A stretch of 64,000 bases of DNA from Phoronis australis (taxonomy: Eukaryota; Animalia; Phoronida), in assembly GCA_002633005.1 (NCBI GenBank), contig NMRA01000052.1, positions 398,613-462,612 of the forward strand, in the 5' to 3' direction. The position numbers and the translations under genes are program-made. Positions 49,744 through 61,735 of the stretch are shown one piece after another. The notes beneath the pieces were generated by a model. It did no database searches, was not told the origin of the DNA, and was given only the letters and a program-made list of their open reading frames with translations. Numbering within the stretch: position 1 is the stretch's first letter; every line of letters starts with the position of its first letter.

Positions 49744-51552
49744 TTAAACTGCAGTTCCATATTCTGCCATGACATCTCCATATGGCGGTAAGGGAGTGCC
49801 GTCTAAGTCTGTCTCAAGTTCCTCCTGCGAGGTGTGTGTCCTTGGCGGTTTCCGGGGAGCACTTGTTAAACTTTCACTTGACTGCCTGTGAAGTGAAGCT
49901 GTTTTTTGCCTCAGAACACCAGTCTGAGTTTTGGGAGGTTTAACTGTTGCCTGTTGCTCTCTCGATACCTGTCCATTGTTTGTTTGATTACAATTCGTTG
50001 AAACCACGTGTCCACGATGTCCTGTTGGAACTTGTGGTAGAGACGAATATATTGGCTGTTGACTCGTGCTTTGCCCCATTACAGGGCCACGGCGACGCGA
50101 CTGATGTAGCTGCCCTCTATAGTTCTGGTCACAAAGTTCTGATTCAAAGTCTGATTGCACAGTTGGACGCAGTAACAAGTTTGTCCGCACCTCTGTTTCC
50201 TGTTCATGCTGTATCAGATCTGGTTTCTGTTTATCCTCACCGTCGTCAGAATCCTCAGCAGCTTTGCGTTTCTTCTGTCGCCGTTTCTCTTGCGCCTTTT
50301 TCATTTTCATCATGTAGCATGAAAATGCCGAGATGACGACAATAAACAAAACTGCGGAAACGGCAATGGCGGCTATTGAGCCTTTGCCGAGGGCACCGTC
50401 TTCATCGCGGTTTGTTACTACCACAGTTTGTGGAGGCTCGACCACCTTATCGAGAAGTACTTGAACAAAATATTCCACTTTCACTTCACCTGCAGTGTTC
50501 GATGCTGTGCACTTGTAGGTGGCGCTGTCATTCACAGTTGCCTCTTTTATGTCCAGTATGTAGGAGATGTTCCCGTTGATTGATCCCAAGTTTGTTATTG
50601 TCAACCGCTTGGAAGTGAACTGGTCTATTAGTTGACCAGATTTCCTCCACTGCAAAGCTGGGAATGGATCTCCGCTTACATTACAGTAGAGTCTGATATT
50701 GCTTCCGACTTGTCTCAGCTTGACAGCTGAATTAGAAAACATTTCCGGTTTGCACGCAAAATCTCCAGGGTGCAAGTCCGCAAACTTTCGGTTTCTCAAC
50801 ACGCTTGGAGTCTCACACCTTGGCTCTTGGTTGTTGCCAAAGCTGAAACTCACAGACTTTGATTCCATTCGATTTCTTATCCACCGCATTGCACAGTCGC
50901 ACAAGAACGGATTCTCATACAGGTGAAACTGGTAGAAGTTTGTCCCCATCATTTGCCGTAGTTCTATAGGTATCATTGTCAGCTTGTTGTAGGCTAGGTT
51001 CAATGATTTTAAATTAGGACCTATGTTCATGAAAGCTCTTGGCGACAAGTACTTCAGACCATTTCGTGATAGATCCAACTCCTCAAGCATCGGGAGATTG
51101 GTAAATGCACCATCATGGATCTCTAGTAACTGGTTTCCCTGAAGGATTAAAAACCTGAGACTTTTCAGTCCTTGGAATGTACTGTTGACCAGCGTAGTTA
51201 GCCTGTTTTCTGCAAGATTTATGCGGCCAACATTCGGGCATCCAATGAATGCCTTGCTGTCAATGTCCTGTATATGGTTATTCCTGAGGTTAATGTCCTG
51301 CAGGTACTGTCCGTTGTGGAAGAAATCGTACTTTAAAGCTGCGATCATGTTCCTGCTGAGGTCCATAATTTGAATCTGTTCTGGCAAATCATCCGGTTTT
51401 GCCGTCAACCCTAGTGCTTGGCAGTCAGCTCGATACAGACTCGTGTAGTACATGAACGTGCACTGCCCTGACGACTGGCGAGGTAGCAGCACCAAGATGG
51501 CTGACAGTAGCCACACTTTCCCGACATCTTGCGAAACATATAAATCAGACAT
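49744..51552 (-). CDS. Leucine-rich-repeat plus Ig-domain type I transmembrane protein (LIG/Kekkon/LRRC24-like), 602 aa, intronless CDS
   Basis: Signal peptide (VWLLSAILVLLPRQSSG), LRRNT cysteines, about 6-7 LRRs, LRRCT (NPFLCDC...PRCETP...FAC), I-set Ig domain (LYCNVSGDPFPALQW...DSATYKCTASN), TM segment (IAAIAVSAVLFIVVISAFSCY), basic stop-transfer run, and C-terminus GTAV. First ATG is at 51552; a ttttgtag acceptor at about 51598 implies an upstream exon. Confidence 0.95.
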   Translation of the reverse strand: MSDLYVSQDVGKVWLLSAILVLLPRQSSGQCTFMYYTSLYRADCQALGLTAKPDDLPEQIQIMDLSRNMIAALKYDFFHNGQYLQDINLRNNHIQDIDSKAFIGCPNVGRINLAENRLTTLVNSTFQGLKSLRFLILQGNQLLEIHDGAFTNLPMLEELDLSRNGLKYLSPRAFMNIGPNLKSLNLAYNKLTMIPIELRQMMGTNFYQFHLYENPFLCDCAMRWIRNRMESKSVSFSFGNNQEPRCETPSVLRNRKFADLHPGDFACKPEMFSNSAVKLRQVGSNIRLYCNVSGDPFPALQWRKSGQLIDQFTSKRLTITNLGSINGNISYILDIKEATVNDSATYKCTASNTAGEVKVEYFVQVLLDKVVEPPQTVVVTNRDEDGALGKGSIAAIAVSAVLFIVVISAFSCYMMKMKKAQEKRRQKKRKAAEDSDDGEDKQKPDLIQHEQETEVRTNLLLRPTVQSDFESELCDQNYRGQLHQSRRRGPVMGQSTSQQPIYSSLPQVPTGHRGHVVSTNCNQTNNGQVSREQQATVKPPKTQTGVLRQKTASLHRQSSESLTSAPRKPPRTHTSQEELETDLDGTPLPPYGDVMAEYGTAV

Positions 51553-52040
51553 GTTATTCAGCACTGTGGTTGATCTTTTGTCTGAGTGTGTGCGACTCTA
51601 CAAAACGTGAAAACAGAAATCAATCACTTGAGCAACCAGCCTTGTCTTACCAATAATAAGACGAAGGATAAATTAAGAGAAGTGTGTGGCAGGTTTGGAT
51701 TTGTGTTTGCTGTTCTCATCCAACTTAAAAAATGTCAATTTTCAAAATTTCCTCTTTTAAACACCCATGTCCTGTTTAATACGCCCACCTCTGCTTTATG
51801 CAGCCTGGGCCTAAAGTGCATTGAAAGTTTTTGGTCTAGAACTGCATCGCGGAGGATTTAAACTTCTAAAATGCACACTGTTTGTCTACGTATGACAAAC
51901 AGTCGTCCATTGTGTGTCTTTTCATCCCAGAGTTTCACTGTTGTATGAGAAGTGACTGCTAGCAATAATGCTCCTTGACTTTTCAAAAAAAATTAAATGC
52001 CCGCATTGTTTTAATTTTGCAGGTATTAAGATTATGTAAG

Positions 52041-52250
52041 ACCCTAGGAAAATGTCCAAATTTGGCCAACTTCGGAACAACATATCTCAGAAATGGCTGA
52101 CCACGTTCTCATGAAACTTTCATACACTATGCTCTGATCTCCAAAATGCTTTTAGGAATTCGTTTTTAGGAATTCCTTTCAAAATGGTCAACTTTTGCAT
52201 GATTTAGGAGCTATCAAAAATTAGGCTTAGAAAACTGTAGCGACATTTCT
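52041..52250 (+). repeat. Diverged interspersed repeat, copy 2
   Basis: accctaggaaaatgtccaaatttggccaacttcggaacaacatatctcaga... aligns with the sequence from 47363. Confidence 0.65.
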
Positions 52251-53904
52251 ATAATTTCATTTTGAGTTTTTGTATTGCGTTACCCATCAGTGACCTATTG
52301 GTGTAAAGGGTTTCCACTTTTAAACAAAATCTCCTTTAATTTACAAAGTTAATTTCTATAGTTTTGTAAATATTTGACTTAATGTACAGACTAGTTGACA
52401 AGATTTGACATAGTCTAATTCCAGACGAGTACTGTGTTATGAAATGATAAGAATGCTTAACAATTGCACCATTCAGCTTTCTAGAAAAAACAGTAGTGCA
52501 CCCCTTAACGCTTTTTGTTCAACAAAACTTGAATTAGTAACCTTGGGTCTCTTAGCAGGAACCCAACGTTGTCATGTCAACTGTGAACATGTCTTCGTCA
52601 AGCATCCTTCTGTTTTGTTGATTTCCTTCGGGTGAATGAATCATCCACCTCCTATAGAACGTTTCGGTGAATGTCCGCTTCAGTACATTTATTGTTTGAT
52701 GAAACACGATTGACTGACAAGATGAAAAAAACCTCGCATTTATTTTTTAATTGCATAGATGGTTGAAAGCAGGACTGATAGATAGGACAGACAGCAGAAC
52801 CAATTTGTCGTTCACCATTTTGTAAAATTAGATGTTTTTCTTTGTGTAGGGCTAGAGCTTCATGAGTCATTTCCGTCAAAGTGTCTATAACCCCGTCTTC
52901 CGTGAAAAGTTACTTTTTGATGTAGCACAAGAACCGCTATAAACATGCGTGGGAAGAGCTAACATTGTAATTGCCTGACATCTCCTTTTGCTTATACCTG
53001 AGATACCAAGTACCACAGGTAAATGACATTGATATTTGCACCCGTGTTTGTATGGTCAATTTATTTGCTAAAATCAGTTGGCAAGTTGTTGCATGAACAG
53101 TTAGCTTAGTTTATGCAAATAATGGCGCCATTATTTAAAATTCTCTTCCTGATTACAACTTCCTAGTTGAGCATACATGTAGATCATTTTGACATTTGCA
53201 ATCATGTTTTGGCAGTCAATGAATTTACTGAAATCATTTAGCAGGTGAGCACGTCATGAATTTTGATAATTTATCCGCATAAAGGTCGTCGTTATTTATT
53301 TCGAATGCTCCTCTTACAAGGCTGGTTTAAATAGATACAATTAGTAACAGAATATGTCCGCGATTCGAGCAGTTTTTTCATGTCATTCATGCTAGTTGTA
53401 GTTCTCCCACAAAGGACAATGTTCAGTTGATAACTTAATTGCATGTTATCAAGGGACAAGGGGTAGAAATAAGTCCATGATGGCACCTCTGTATTCCAGC
53501 TACAATAACCTTAGCTCCAGTCCCAGACCAGCAGACACCAAACTTGTAGTACAAATCCCCAGAACTGCACCCCTTAACTTCACATGCACACCAAAAATGC
53601 TCCATGTATGATGACCAAATTCCAGTTCCCATCACCGGTTATTATGATTTTCAAGAAAGGCAATTTCGTTGAGTCATGCCAACAAATTTGCTTCATTCTA
53701 TCAGTTTTTCTATGAAAGCGATAACTTCAACACTTGATTTAGAACTACTAGATTTCATGAACTCTTACTGTCTGATAGCAATATTATAACATTGTACATA
53801 CCCAAAACGTACCAAGAGTGGCGTACATGAAGTAATATCCCACGAGACATTATTTCGCATATCGACCGAGATCGAAGGTACACCAATCAAGGTACGTTTT
53901 TGTA

Positions 53905-54493
53905 TTTATCCCATACTCTTCGAATTGCTAAGTTTCTTTCATTTTTTCTGCACATTTTTAAATACTTCACGCAGACTTTTCGAGTGGCGGATCACATCCT
54001 ATATGTTTGTACTTGCGTGCTAGGCTGCAAGTTTTCTCTTGTAAAAAAAAAGTTTTAAATGTGACGATTTATTACTTGATAAGAGATAACAAAGACGAAA
54101 ACAAGGGTAACTTTTCATTGAACTTGTAACGTCTCCTGAAAATAGTTAAATAACAATAATATTTGATATTGTAGTAACCGCCTGAGTTGCAGATGATAAA
54201 ATATTTAGCAAATGAAAACTGAAACAAAACTGCCATATAATTAACATTCCTGTTCCAGGTGTTACGATTGAGACCTGATTGTATGTTGAGCGTTATTTAA
54301 ACTGCCATAATTTTATTACTTTAAACTATTTTCCAAAAGTTTGATGATCGAACCGGCTAACGACATCAACGCTGACCTACCTTTTGAACTTTCCATATCA
54401 GAGATCACTATTGAAGTAGTGCGGGAGGTGAATACGGAAAACGTTATTACATGGCCGTATTTCCCTCTACAGATTCAACGCGTATGGGATAAA
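53905..54493. mobile_element. Element bounded by a 12-bp perfect inverted repeat (possibly non-autonomous Crypton-like)
   Basis: TTTATCCCATAC at 53905 and GTATGGGATAAA at 54482. No TSD seen; the family assignment is tentative. Confidence 0.4.
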
Positions 54494-56180
54494 ATGTAAT
54501 TTAATACAATGCCTCTGATATGAATTTTTACACAACACTATGCATGTAAGGCTTTTTTAACTTTTTCATTCCATTAGCATTACATGACATAATGCAACAT
54601 AATAAAAATCTCTAAAATAAAGCTTCTACTAAATACTGAGATTTTACATGTACAGTTAATTTTTACCTGTTTTATAGTTTATTTAATTTTCATGAAAATT
54701 TGTTTTCTTTACAATTTGCGCGTACATGTCTAAGCAAGATTACCTGTATTTCAATTGAGTAGTGAATGGTATATAATAAAAGCTTTAAACAGTTACCTTG
54801 AGTATAATAGTGTTAATCCTACATTTTTACTTCATTTTCAAGGTCGATGGCCTCAGAACAGTTATATAAGAAAGTAAAGAACAGGCTGATGACATGTGTT
54901 TGGAGTTGCGAACTATTATTGATTTGTTTTTGAAAATGTGTCTTTGAAATGCTCAAGTCATGCAACTTGTCATCCACATCAAACAAAATGTGAAGCACTA
55001 AAGTAAAATCTTAGAGACAGTTCTCAAAGTTTCACACCACAATCAACCAAGTGTGAACGTGTGCTGCTCATCTGATGTAAAACTGCATTATGGGAAACTG
55101 TGGAAACTACAGTTATGTGCACAAGACTTTAAAATCCTTTGAGATGGGAACGTGTTACCTGCATCACAGAGTCATCTGATTTGCCACCTGCTGATGTAGA
55201 ACATCACAACTATTATCAAAGTTCAAATTGTGTGTTTTAAACCCAATAAAAAATTAATTCTTGGGCTTTGTTTCAAATTTTGAAAATTAGAAACAAAAAT
55301 ATGCTCGTGAGACTAAAAAAGTCACAAAATTTATCAAACCATCCAGAGCCACGATGAGTCGAACTGCTCTCGGTGGTCTCAATTTCCATAAATTGTGCAA
55401 GTTTTATTGTGTAATGACCTGCATACTGATTTCATTCAATTCAGTGACCACAAACTCATGGGTGCAACTATCAAAATAATGTACATGTACAAACAGTGGT
55501 GGCCATTAATTGTATAAATTATGCAAAATTGTTATGTAACAGACTGCAAATTTAACTGATTTCATGAAGAAAAAACATGTGGAAATATTAATTTGATTAG
55601 CCTTTGGCGAATGATACGAGCAGTGATAGGTACAAGTAGAATTTTCAGTCATGGCTGCCTTAATTTGTATAATGTTAGCAAATTCTTGATCCATTCACCT
55701 CCTAAGTAGCCATATTAAATTCACTGACTGTAGGTGGGTGAAAACATCAGAATAATGTTCATGCAGGGCCAAGTAAGGAAATTTTTAGCAAAAATAGAAT
55801 TTTGCATAATGGCAGCTTTAATTTTTACATTTAAAATAATGCTCAAGGTTGTCATGACTACCGCTCAGATAAAATGCTTTAGAGTTGCTGCTACCTATTC
55901 ATGAAACAAACGCAAAACCTTATGCTACCAAACCTTATACTACTAAACATCTCTAGGTACCCATTTCTGGCTACAGGACTATATACTCTTGATGACAAAA
56001 CGATGAAACCGCTCTATGACTTAGCACACTGATCTCAGTTGGCATGGTGATAACTATTTATCATAAATATATATACAATTGTGTTGTTATAAATCATCCT
56101 ATCAATAATCAGTCTTTACTACATGGTGTGTATGAAGACTTATAATCTTTACAGGTTTGGCATAACTTATTAATGCATTT

Positions 56181-56320
56181 ACCTCACTTATCATAAATGT
56201 TTATCATTTTTTATTCTAGGTGTTTAATAAAATCACCTCACTTATCCTAAATGTTAAGCACTTTTTATTTAACGGTAAAGTGTTAAATAAAATCACCTCA
56301 CTTATCTTAAATGCTTTGCA
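56181..56320 (+). repeat. AT-rich minisatellite, about 55-60-bp unit, three copies
   Basis: acctcacttatc.taaatg recurs three times. Confidence 0.8.
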
Positions 56321-57302
56321 TTAATCAAAGGAATTTCATACTATACATATATTATATAATGTTATATAATTATATAATATATTAAATAATTATGATGACA
56401 TTCACCTAATCATTTAGCTTGACAAGGTGGAAGTTGAGGTCTTACAAGCTAAACATATGCAAATAATATTCTTCTAAACATGCCTTACATTTTATAAATC
56501 TATATTCAGCTTTTATTGTCATTGACATTTTTTAATGTCATTTTAATTTATTTAGAATGTGTAATCACACATACACCCCTATTTGCCATGTCTGTAGTAA
56601 CTAGACTGCTCTTACGGGGTATACGTTTCTAGGTCTTCCTTTTAATTTGCGCATGAGCTCGAAATAGACAGTGCCACATTTCCAAAATCTCAGTTTTGTT
56701 CCCCAGGGATTCTTGTAATGTTGATTCCTATTCATGAAGAACCTTGGTTTATTGATGGCTAGCCTTTGCCTGTCTCTGTGGTGAACTGGCAATCCAGTTG
56801 CTGCTGAATATTTGGAATATCCTTTAGTTCACAGTTTCCAGTCAGCATTCTTGCTTTGTCTGTGTAGTTCGTGAATTCAGAGAGCTGACAGTTGTTCAGT
56901 GCAAACAATGGCCAGGAATAGTCGATGAGTAACAACCTAACACTAGTTCTAGCGGAGTGTCTATGTAAAATTTGATGTTAGTTCAACTTTTGAGTAGTTA
57001 GTGGATACTGAAGTTGTGGCGTGTTGATGCTGAGGTCATCAAATTTATCACAAGATGGTGCTCGGAAAACGTTAATGCAGGAGCAGCTTTTTTAAATTTG
57101 AATACGGACGGATATCACGTGAAATGAAGTGGTTATAGTGGTAGAATACCGAATGCAAGAATTAACAAATAGTATCACGTCACGTGCCGTTGTTGGCAGT
57201 GAGACCAGCCGAATTTAACTTTTTATACTGCATCGAATCACCAATTCTCTGTTGTTTAATCCACTTATTTATTGCAAGGTTAACTTGAGCTCTTAACTTT
57301 GA

Positions 57303-58451
57303 TACAAGATCAAAGTTAATTGTTCATGCCAACCAAGACACACCAAAATGTTTTGGTGCTATTTTACATTTTTTCAGCTCTGTAATACAAAACGTTCGTT
57401 GCTGGTTCATGTAATTTGGCGGTAAGCGTGTTTACTGGACTGACTGACTATCAGTGGTATTCTCCTGGGACTCAAGTCGTCAAGATTAAGTGAACACAAA
57501 GTGTTAATGTTGCCAGCTTAAAATGCCGCCACTTAAGGGCATTTAATTATCCAATCTAATACCGAGACTAGTCTCTCTTGAGGATTGAATGGCTTTTAAG
57601 AGTCAGATGACTAGTAGTTTGGGTGATGGTGGAAATGTGCAATTATCAATGTTCTCCACACCCTGTTTTGACTCATTGTAGCAGCGAGTTTGAATTTTGG
57701 ACGAGTNGACGGAGAATGGTTCACAAGAACGTCCAAAAACGGAATCTTGTCATTTACAGGAAGCTCGTGGGTAAACTTCAATACAGAGTGGCGCTCAAGT
57801 TCATCACGTACTGATAACAAGTCATCAAAGGCACAATAAACAAAAATATCATCTACATAACGTACATAGATAGGAATACCACCAATCACATTGCTAGCCC
57901 TCTTTTCCACTTCAGACATATTGGATAGAACATTTTTTACAAGTTATAAGGTAAATAATATTGTTGGTGGTGCAATCAGAATAATGTTTTATTTCAAAGT
58001 TTTCATTGGTTTGGGAAGACTGGAAAAAAGTGCTATCGTTGATGAAGTTACAAGACCAAAGATAATTGTTCATGCCAACCGAGACACACCAAAATGTTTT
58101 GGTGCTATTTTACATTTTTTCAGCTCTGTAATACAAAACGTTCGTTGCTGGTTCATGTAATTTGGCGGAAGCGTGTTTACTGGACTGACTGACTATCAGT
58201 GGTATTCTCCTGGGACTCAAGTCGTCAAGATTAAGTGAACACAAAGTGTTAATGTTGCCAGCTTAAAATGCCGCCACTTAAGGGCATTTAATTATCCAAT
58301 CTAATACCGAGACTAGTCTCTCTTGAGGATTGAATGGCTTTTAAGAGTCAGATGACTAGTAGTTTGGGTGATGGTGGAAATGTGCAATTATCAATGTTCT
58401 CCACACCCTGTTTTGACTCATTGTAGCAGCGAGTTTGAATTTTGGACGAGT
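57303..58451 (+). repeat. About 404-bp near-identical direct repeat (57303-57706 and 58049-58451)
   Basis: Two copies differ at only a few positions; the first copy ends exactly at the N at 57707. Confidence 0.92.
57708..57919 (-). mobile_element. Penelope-like retroelement reverse transcriptase fragment
   Basis: YVRYVDDIFV...LKFTHE...KIPFLDVLV matches the RYVDD / KFT.E / IPFLD pattern of PLE reverse transcriptases. Truncated at the N at 57707. Confidence 0.85.
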
Positions 58452-61400
58452 CGTGAGAACTAAAGTTGGTCAAGTCTTTCAAGATTAGATGGCTACATGT
58501 TGGTCACCGGTCACTTCTCAGCCGTTGTTTTTCACGATTAAAATATGCTGACAAGTCTAACAAATTGGTCTCAAAATTTCGCTTGCCTTGTTAGCCTTTG
58601 CTTTCCATGAAAAATAGGCTAACTACGCAAGGGAAATTTTGAGACCAATTTGTTAGACTTGGTATGATTTCCATGTTTACGGCTGTAAGAACGAAGGAAA
58701 TGACATTTTATGTATTCCATTGGGAGAGCTAATGTTTCAAGTATGCCAAGATTATGAGCCTACACAAACTTTTATGGTTTACAGAAGTAGTCCTGCCTAA
58801 TATTCTTCAACAATTTCCACCAGCATCCGCTGTAATTATCCGACAATTGCAGGTTTAATTTGCGCAGGAATGTTACTTTCCCTAACAACTAATTGTCGTC
58901 TTCATGGAAATGAGGGTACATTTTAAATATCAGCCCATGTTTATAGTGCTTTTGTGAAGCTGTATGCTTGTCAATCCATATCATTTGTGAGAATTTGAAC
59001 AAAAAGTTTGACAATCTATCGCAATTATGTTTTTAAATAGGACAATTATTAAAAGGCAGCAATCCAGTTATTTAAATACCCCGACAAAATGTCGAACAGC
59101 ACAGTCCAGTTTGGTTCCTATCCGTGCAGAGGATATGCCTCAGGATTATTTTCCGACAATTGATGATTGTAATATCAAGCCATGGGATAAAGTGTCTCAA
59201 CCCTTTTCTCTATAATTCCCCTACACAGTAACGTTTTGTTAGTCTTTAACAAAAAACTTGCATAAATTTGACGAGCTGACCCCATCCTTTGCTGCGCACT
59301 GACTGGAGTAATACTGAACAGTGAGACATGTTTATATCCATACAATCAAGCCCTATCCAATTACTTTCAATTGTGCCGGCATGCTAATGGAAATAAGAGA
59401 ACCACTTCCCACCACTAGAGCTATTTTTAAAAGAATTAGTTCCACTTAACCAACCGTTATCAAGCCTGTCCTCAGGCCGGCAACAAACTCCATTTTTTCT
59501 CAATAGTTGTATTGTACTACCCACCCACTGATGACTTCGCAGTCAGTTACTTTGATGTCCATGAAGCCCTATGTAGTGCCGTCTTTGAATAATCTTGTTT
59601 TGACTCGTGTTTTTGGGTGGAACCCTTTGTTTTTTTTTTTCTAGTATGGTAACTTAGCGTTCCTAGATACACGTGATAGTTTTGCATCGTGGATCAAATG
59701 GCGTTCACTGATTGCTGAAACTATGAGGCTCACGGTCGCTTAATTGATATATTTGACTTTCACCTTCAGGACTTTGGTTTGACTTAATTAGTGCTGCGTG
59801 GAATTTTAACTCCATTTTGTTTGTAAATCTCAATTTTCTTCGATCACAAATCTTATGGTAAAATCTCACCAAATTCGGACACGGTTTGTCGAACAAATGA
59901 AATTCCTGTCATTTTCATGAAAGATTAATGCAAATTGATGCTCTGCCATTTGCAACTTCTGCACCATAGTTCTATATCATGATGGTCTCCACATTCAAAT
60001 TTAACAGCATTCTTTGGTGGTATTAAGATCACTCAGAGAAGAGGTGTTCTATATATGAGTCAAGTTTCTCCAGGAGTTGCTCAGTCAGTTTACACAGTGG
60101 AGGTTGGGACAAACCACGGCAAAGGAAGACAGTCACAATTTTGGTTATACCTCTATTCTTCCAGTGTAGTTAACCAATGAGCTAACCGATTTTTGTTGTT
60201 CAAAGAATGAAAAGTATCATTTTCAATGACTGATTTTGTATTTATAGTCCGCAGTGTATAACATTTGTAGGAAAAATGTTGGCAGGAACAGGCAGCGATT
60301 ATCACTGACACATTTCTTGTCCTTAATCCTTAACAAATTTAAGAAGTTGGTTCTGGAAGCTCTGATGCTGTTGTAAGTGCATATTGAAGTCTCAATGGGT
60401 TACGAGTACTCATAGCTGTTGGTTGGGAAATGTGATGTGACACCTAATTTTTCTTTAAAAAATCACGAAATAGAATTTCACTTGGCAGCCATATTGTGTG
60501 GAAAATTGATGAAAAACTGCGCCAACAGCTGGTACTTCTAAGCCCTGAAATCACTTCCAGTTTGGCCGAGGAGCTCCTGGAGACTGATTTTGCAATAGTA
60601 ATTGGTCTAATTATTATTTGGTTTTTGTGGTGGAATGAGGGTCTATGGTCACTTTAAGAAGCGATGACAATTCACAATGGTTCCGTGTAAAAATAGTAGA
60701 CTTAACTCCTGGATCTGCACTCAGGTTGCAAGGAATACAAATCCAGCTCCACTTATTATCTAATATTGCTTACGTCATTCGCAACTAGCTTCGAGCTGGT
60801 TGCAAAGCAGAAAAGCGCTACCTTGTGATAACTTCATTCACCAACGATGATGTCATCTCTTGATATGGTAACCTTGTTATTGTTTAACCAAGCAAGCTTA
60901 GGTTGGCAAACCACAAGTTAACCCCCTGAATACCACCATGTCTTTACACATGGTTTCAACACGCCTTTAATGAGAATCTGTGGCCTTAACACTAACCACT
61001 GAAGAACTAGATAATCCAATGTACCTTCCATCTCTGTTCAGTTGCGTTTCATGTTGTTCCTTCTATTGATTGTGAAAAATCACTAATTAAAATTGATAAT
61101 GCTTTAGACGGTGGCTACCGGTATGCTCTTTTATTTTTAGCACACTAATTTCATTGGGTCTTCCGGAAGACAGTGATTCCCTCACGTGCTGGCTGTCACT
61201 TGACAGATTTGTGGTACAATATTTTCGAAGAAACGGGCTATGTTCTACCTTCAGTGTTACAACAAAATATTCATGGATTATAGAACGACTGTCGTTTGTT
61301 CTATTCGCGTGACCTTCACATATATGCACAGTCTCAAATTACAGAGATTTTCCTTTTAATAATGCCACTTAAAAATCCACAACTGAAATCATCATATTAA

Positions 61401-61524
61401 TTGTTGTTCAAGCATTCCCCTTGACCATGCGTGGTATGCAAATTAGTTCCATTCAACTGTCCTAGTCAAATGAGATACAGCAGGTTTCTGCAGCCAAAAG
61501 TCACGTCTCCTTGCAGAGGTATTT

Positions 61525-61735
61525 TCAGAGAAAACAAAAAAGTTGCTGTGGGTTCATCGATTAAAAATGGATCCACCTGGTAAGGTCAGTGATTGTCATG
61601 ATTTGAGAATTGTAGGCCAATAATACGAACGGACTAATTTTCAAAGGAACAAAAAATTGTAGTGTGCTCATCAATTAAGATTGAATCCACCGAGTAAAGG
61701 AGTGATTGTCCAGATTTGAGAATTGTAGGTAAATA
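61525..61735 (+). repeat. Diverged tandem duplication of about 115 bp
   Basis: aacaaaaaa.ttg...atccacc..gtaa.g..agtgattgtc...atttgagaattgtagg occurs twice. Confidence 0.75.

Noticed and set aside
49947-51373. Plus-strand ORFs overlapping the LRR-Ig gene
   Set aside because: Antisense shadows of a real CDS, with no YIPF5 similarity.
56181-56320. CRISPR-like repeat-spacer array
   Set aside because: Eukaryotic context, the intervening sequences are themselves similar (minisatellite), and there are no cas genes.
60310-60335. LVLNP-like sequence as the next YIPF5 exon
   Set aside because: Immediately followed by an in-frame TAA, with no DLAGP motif and no good acceptor.
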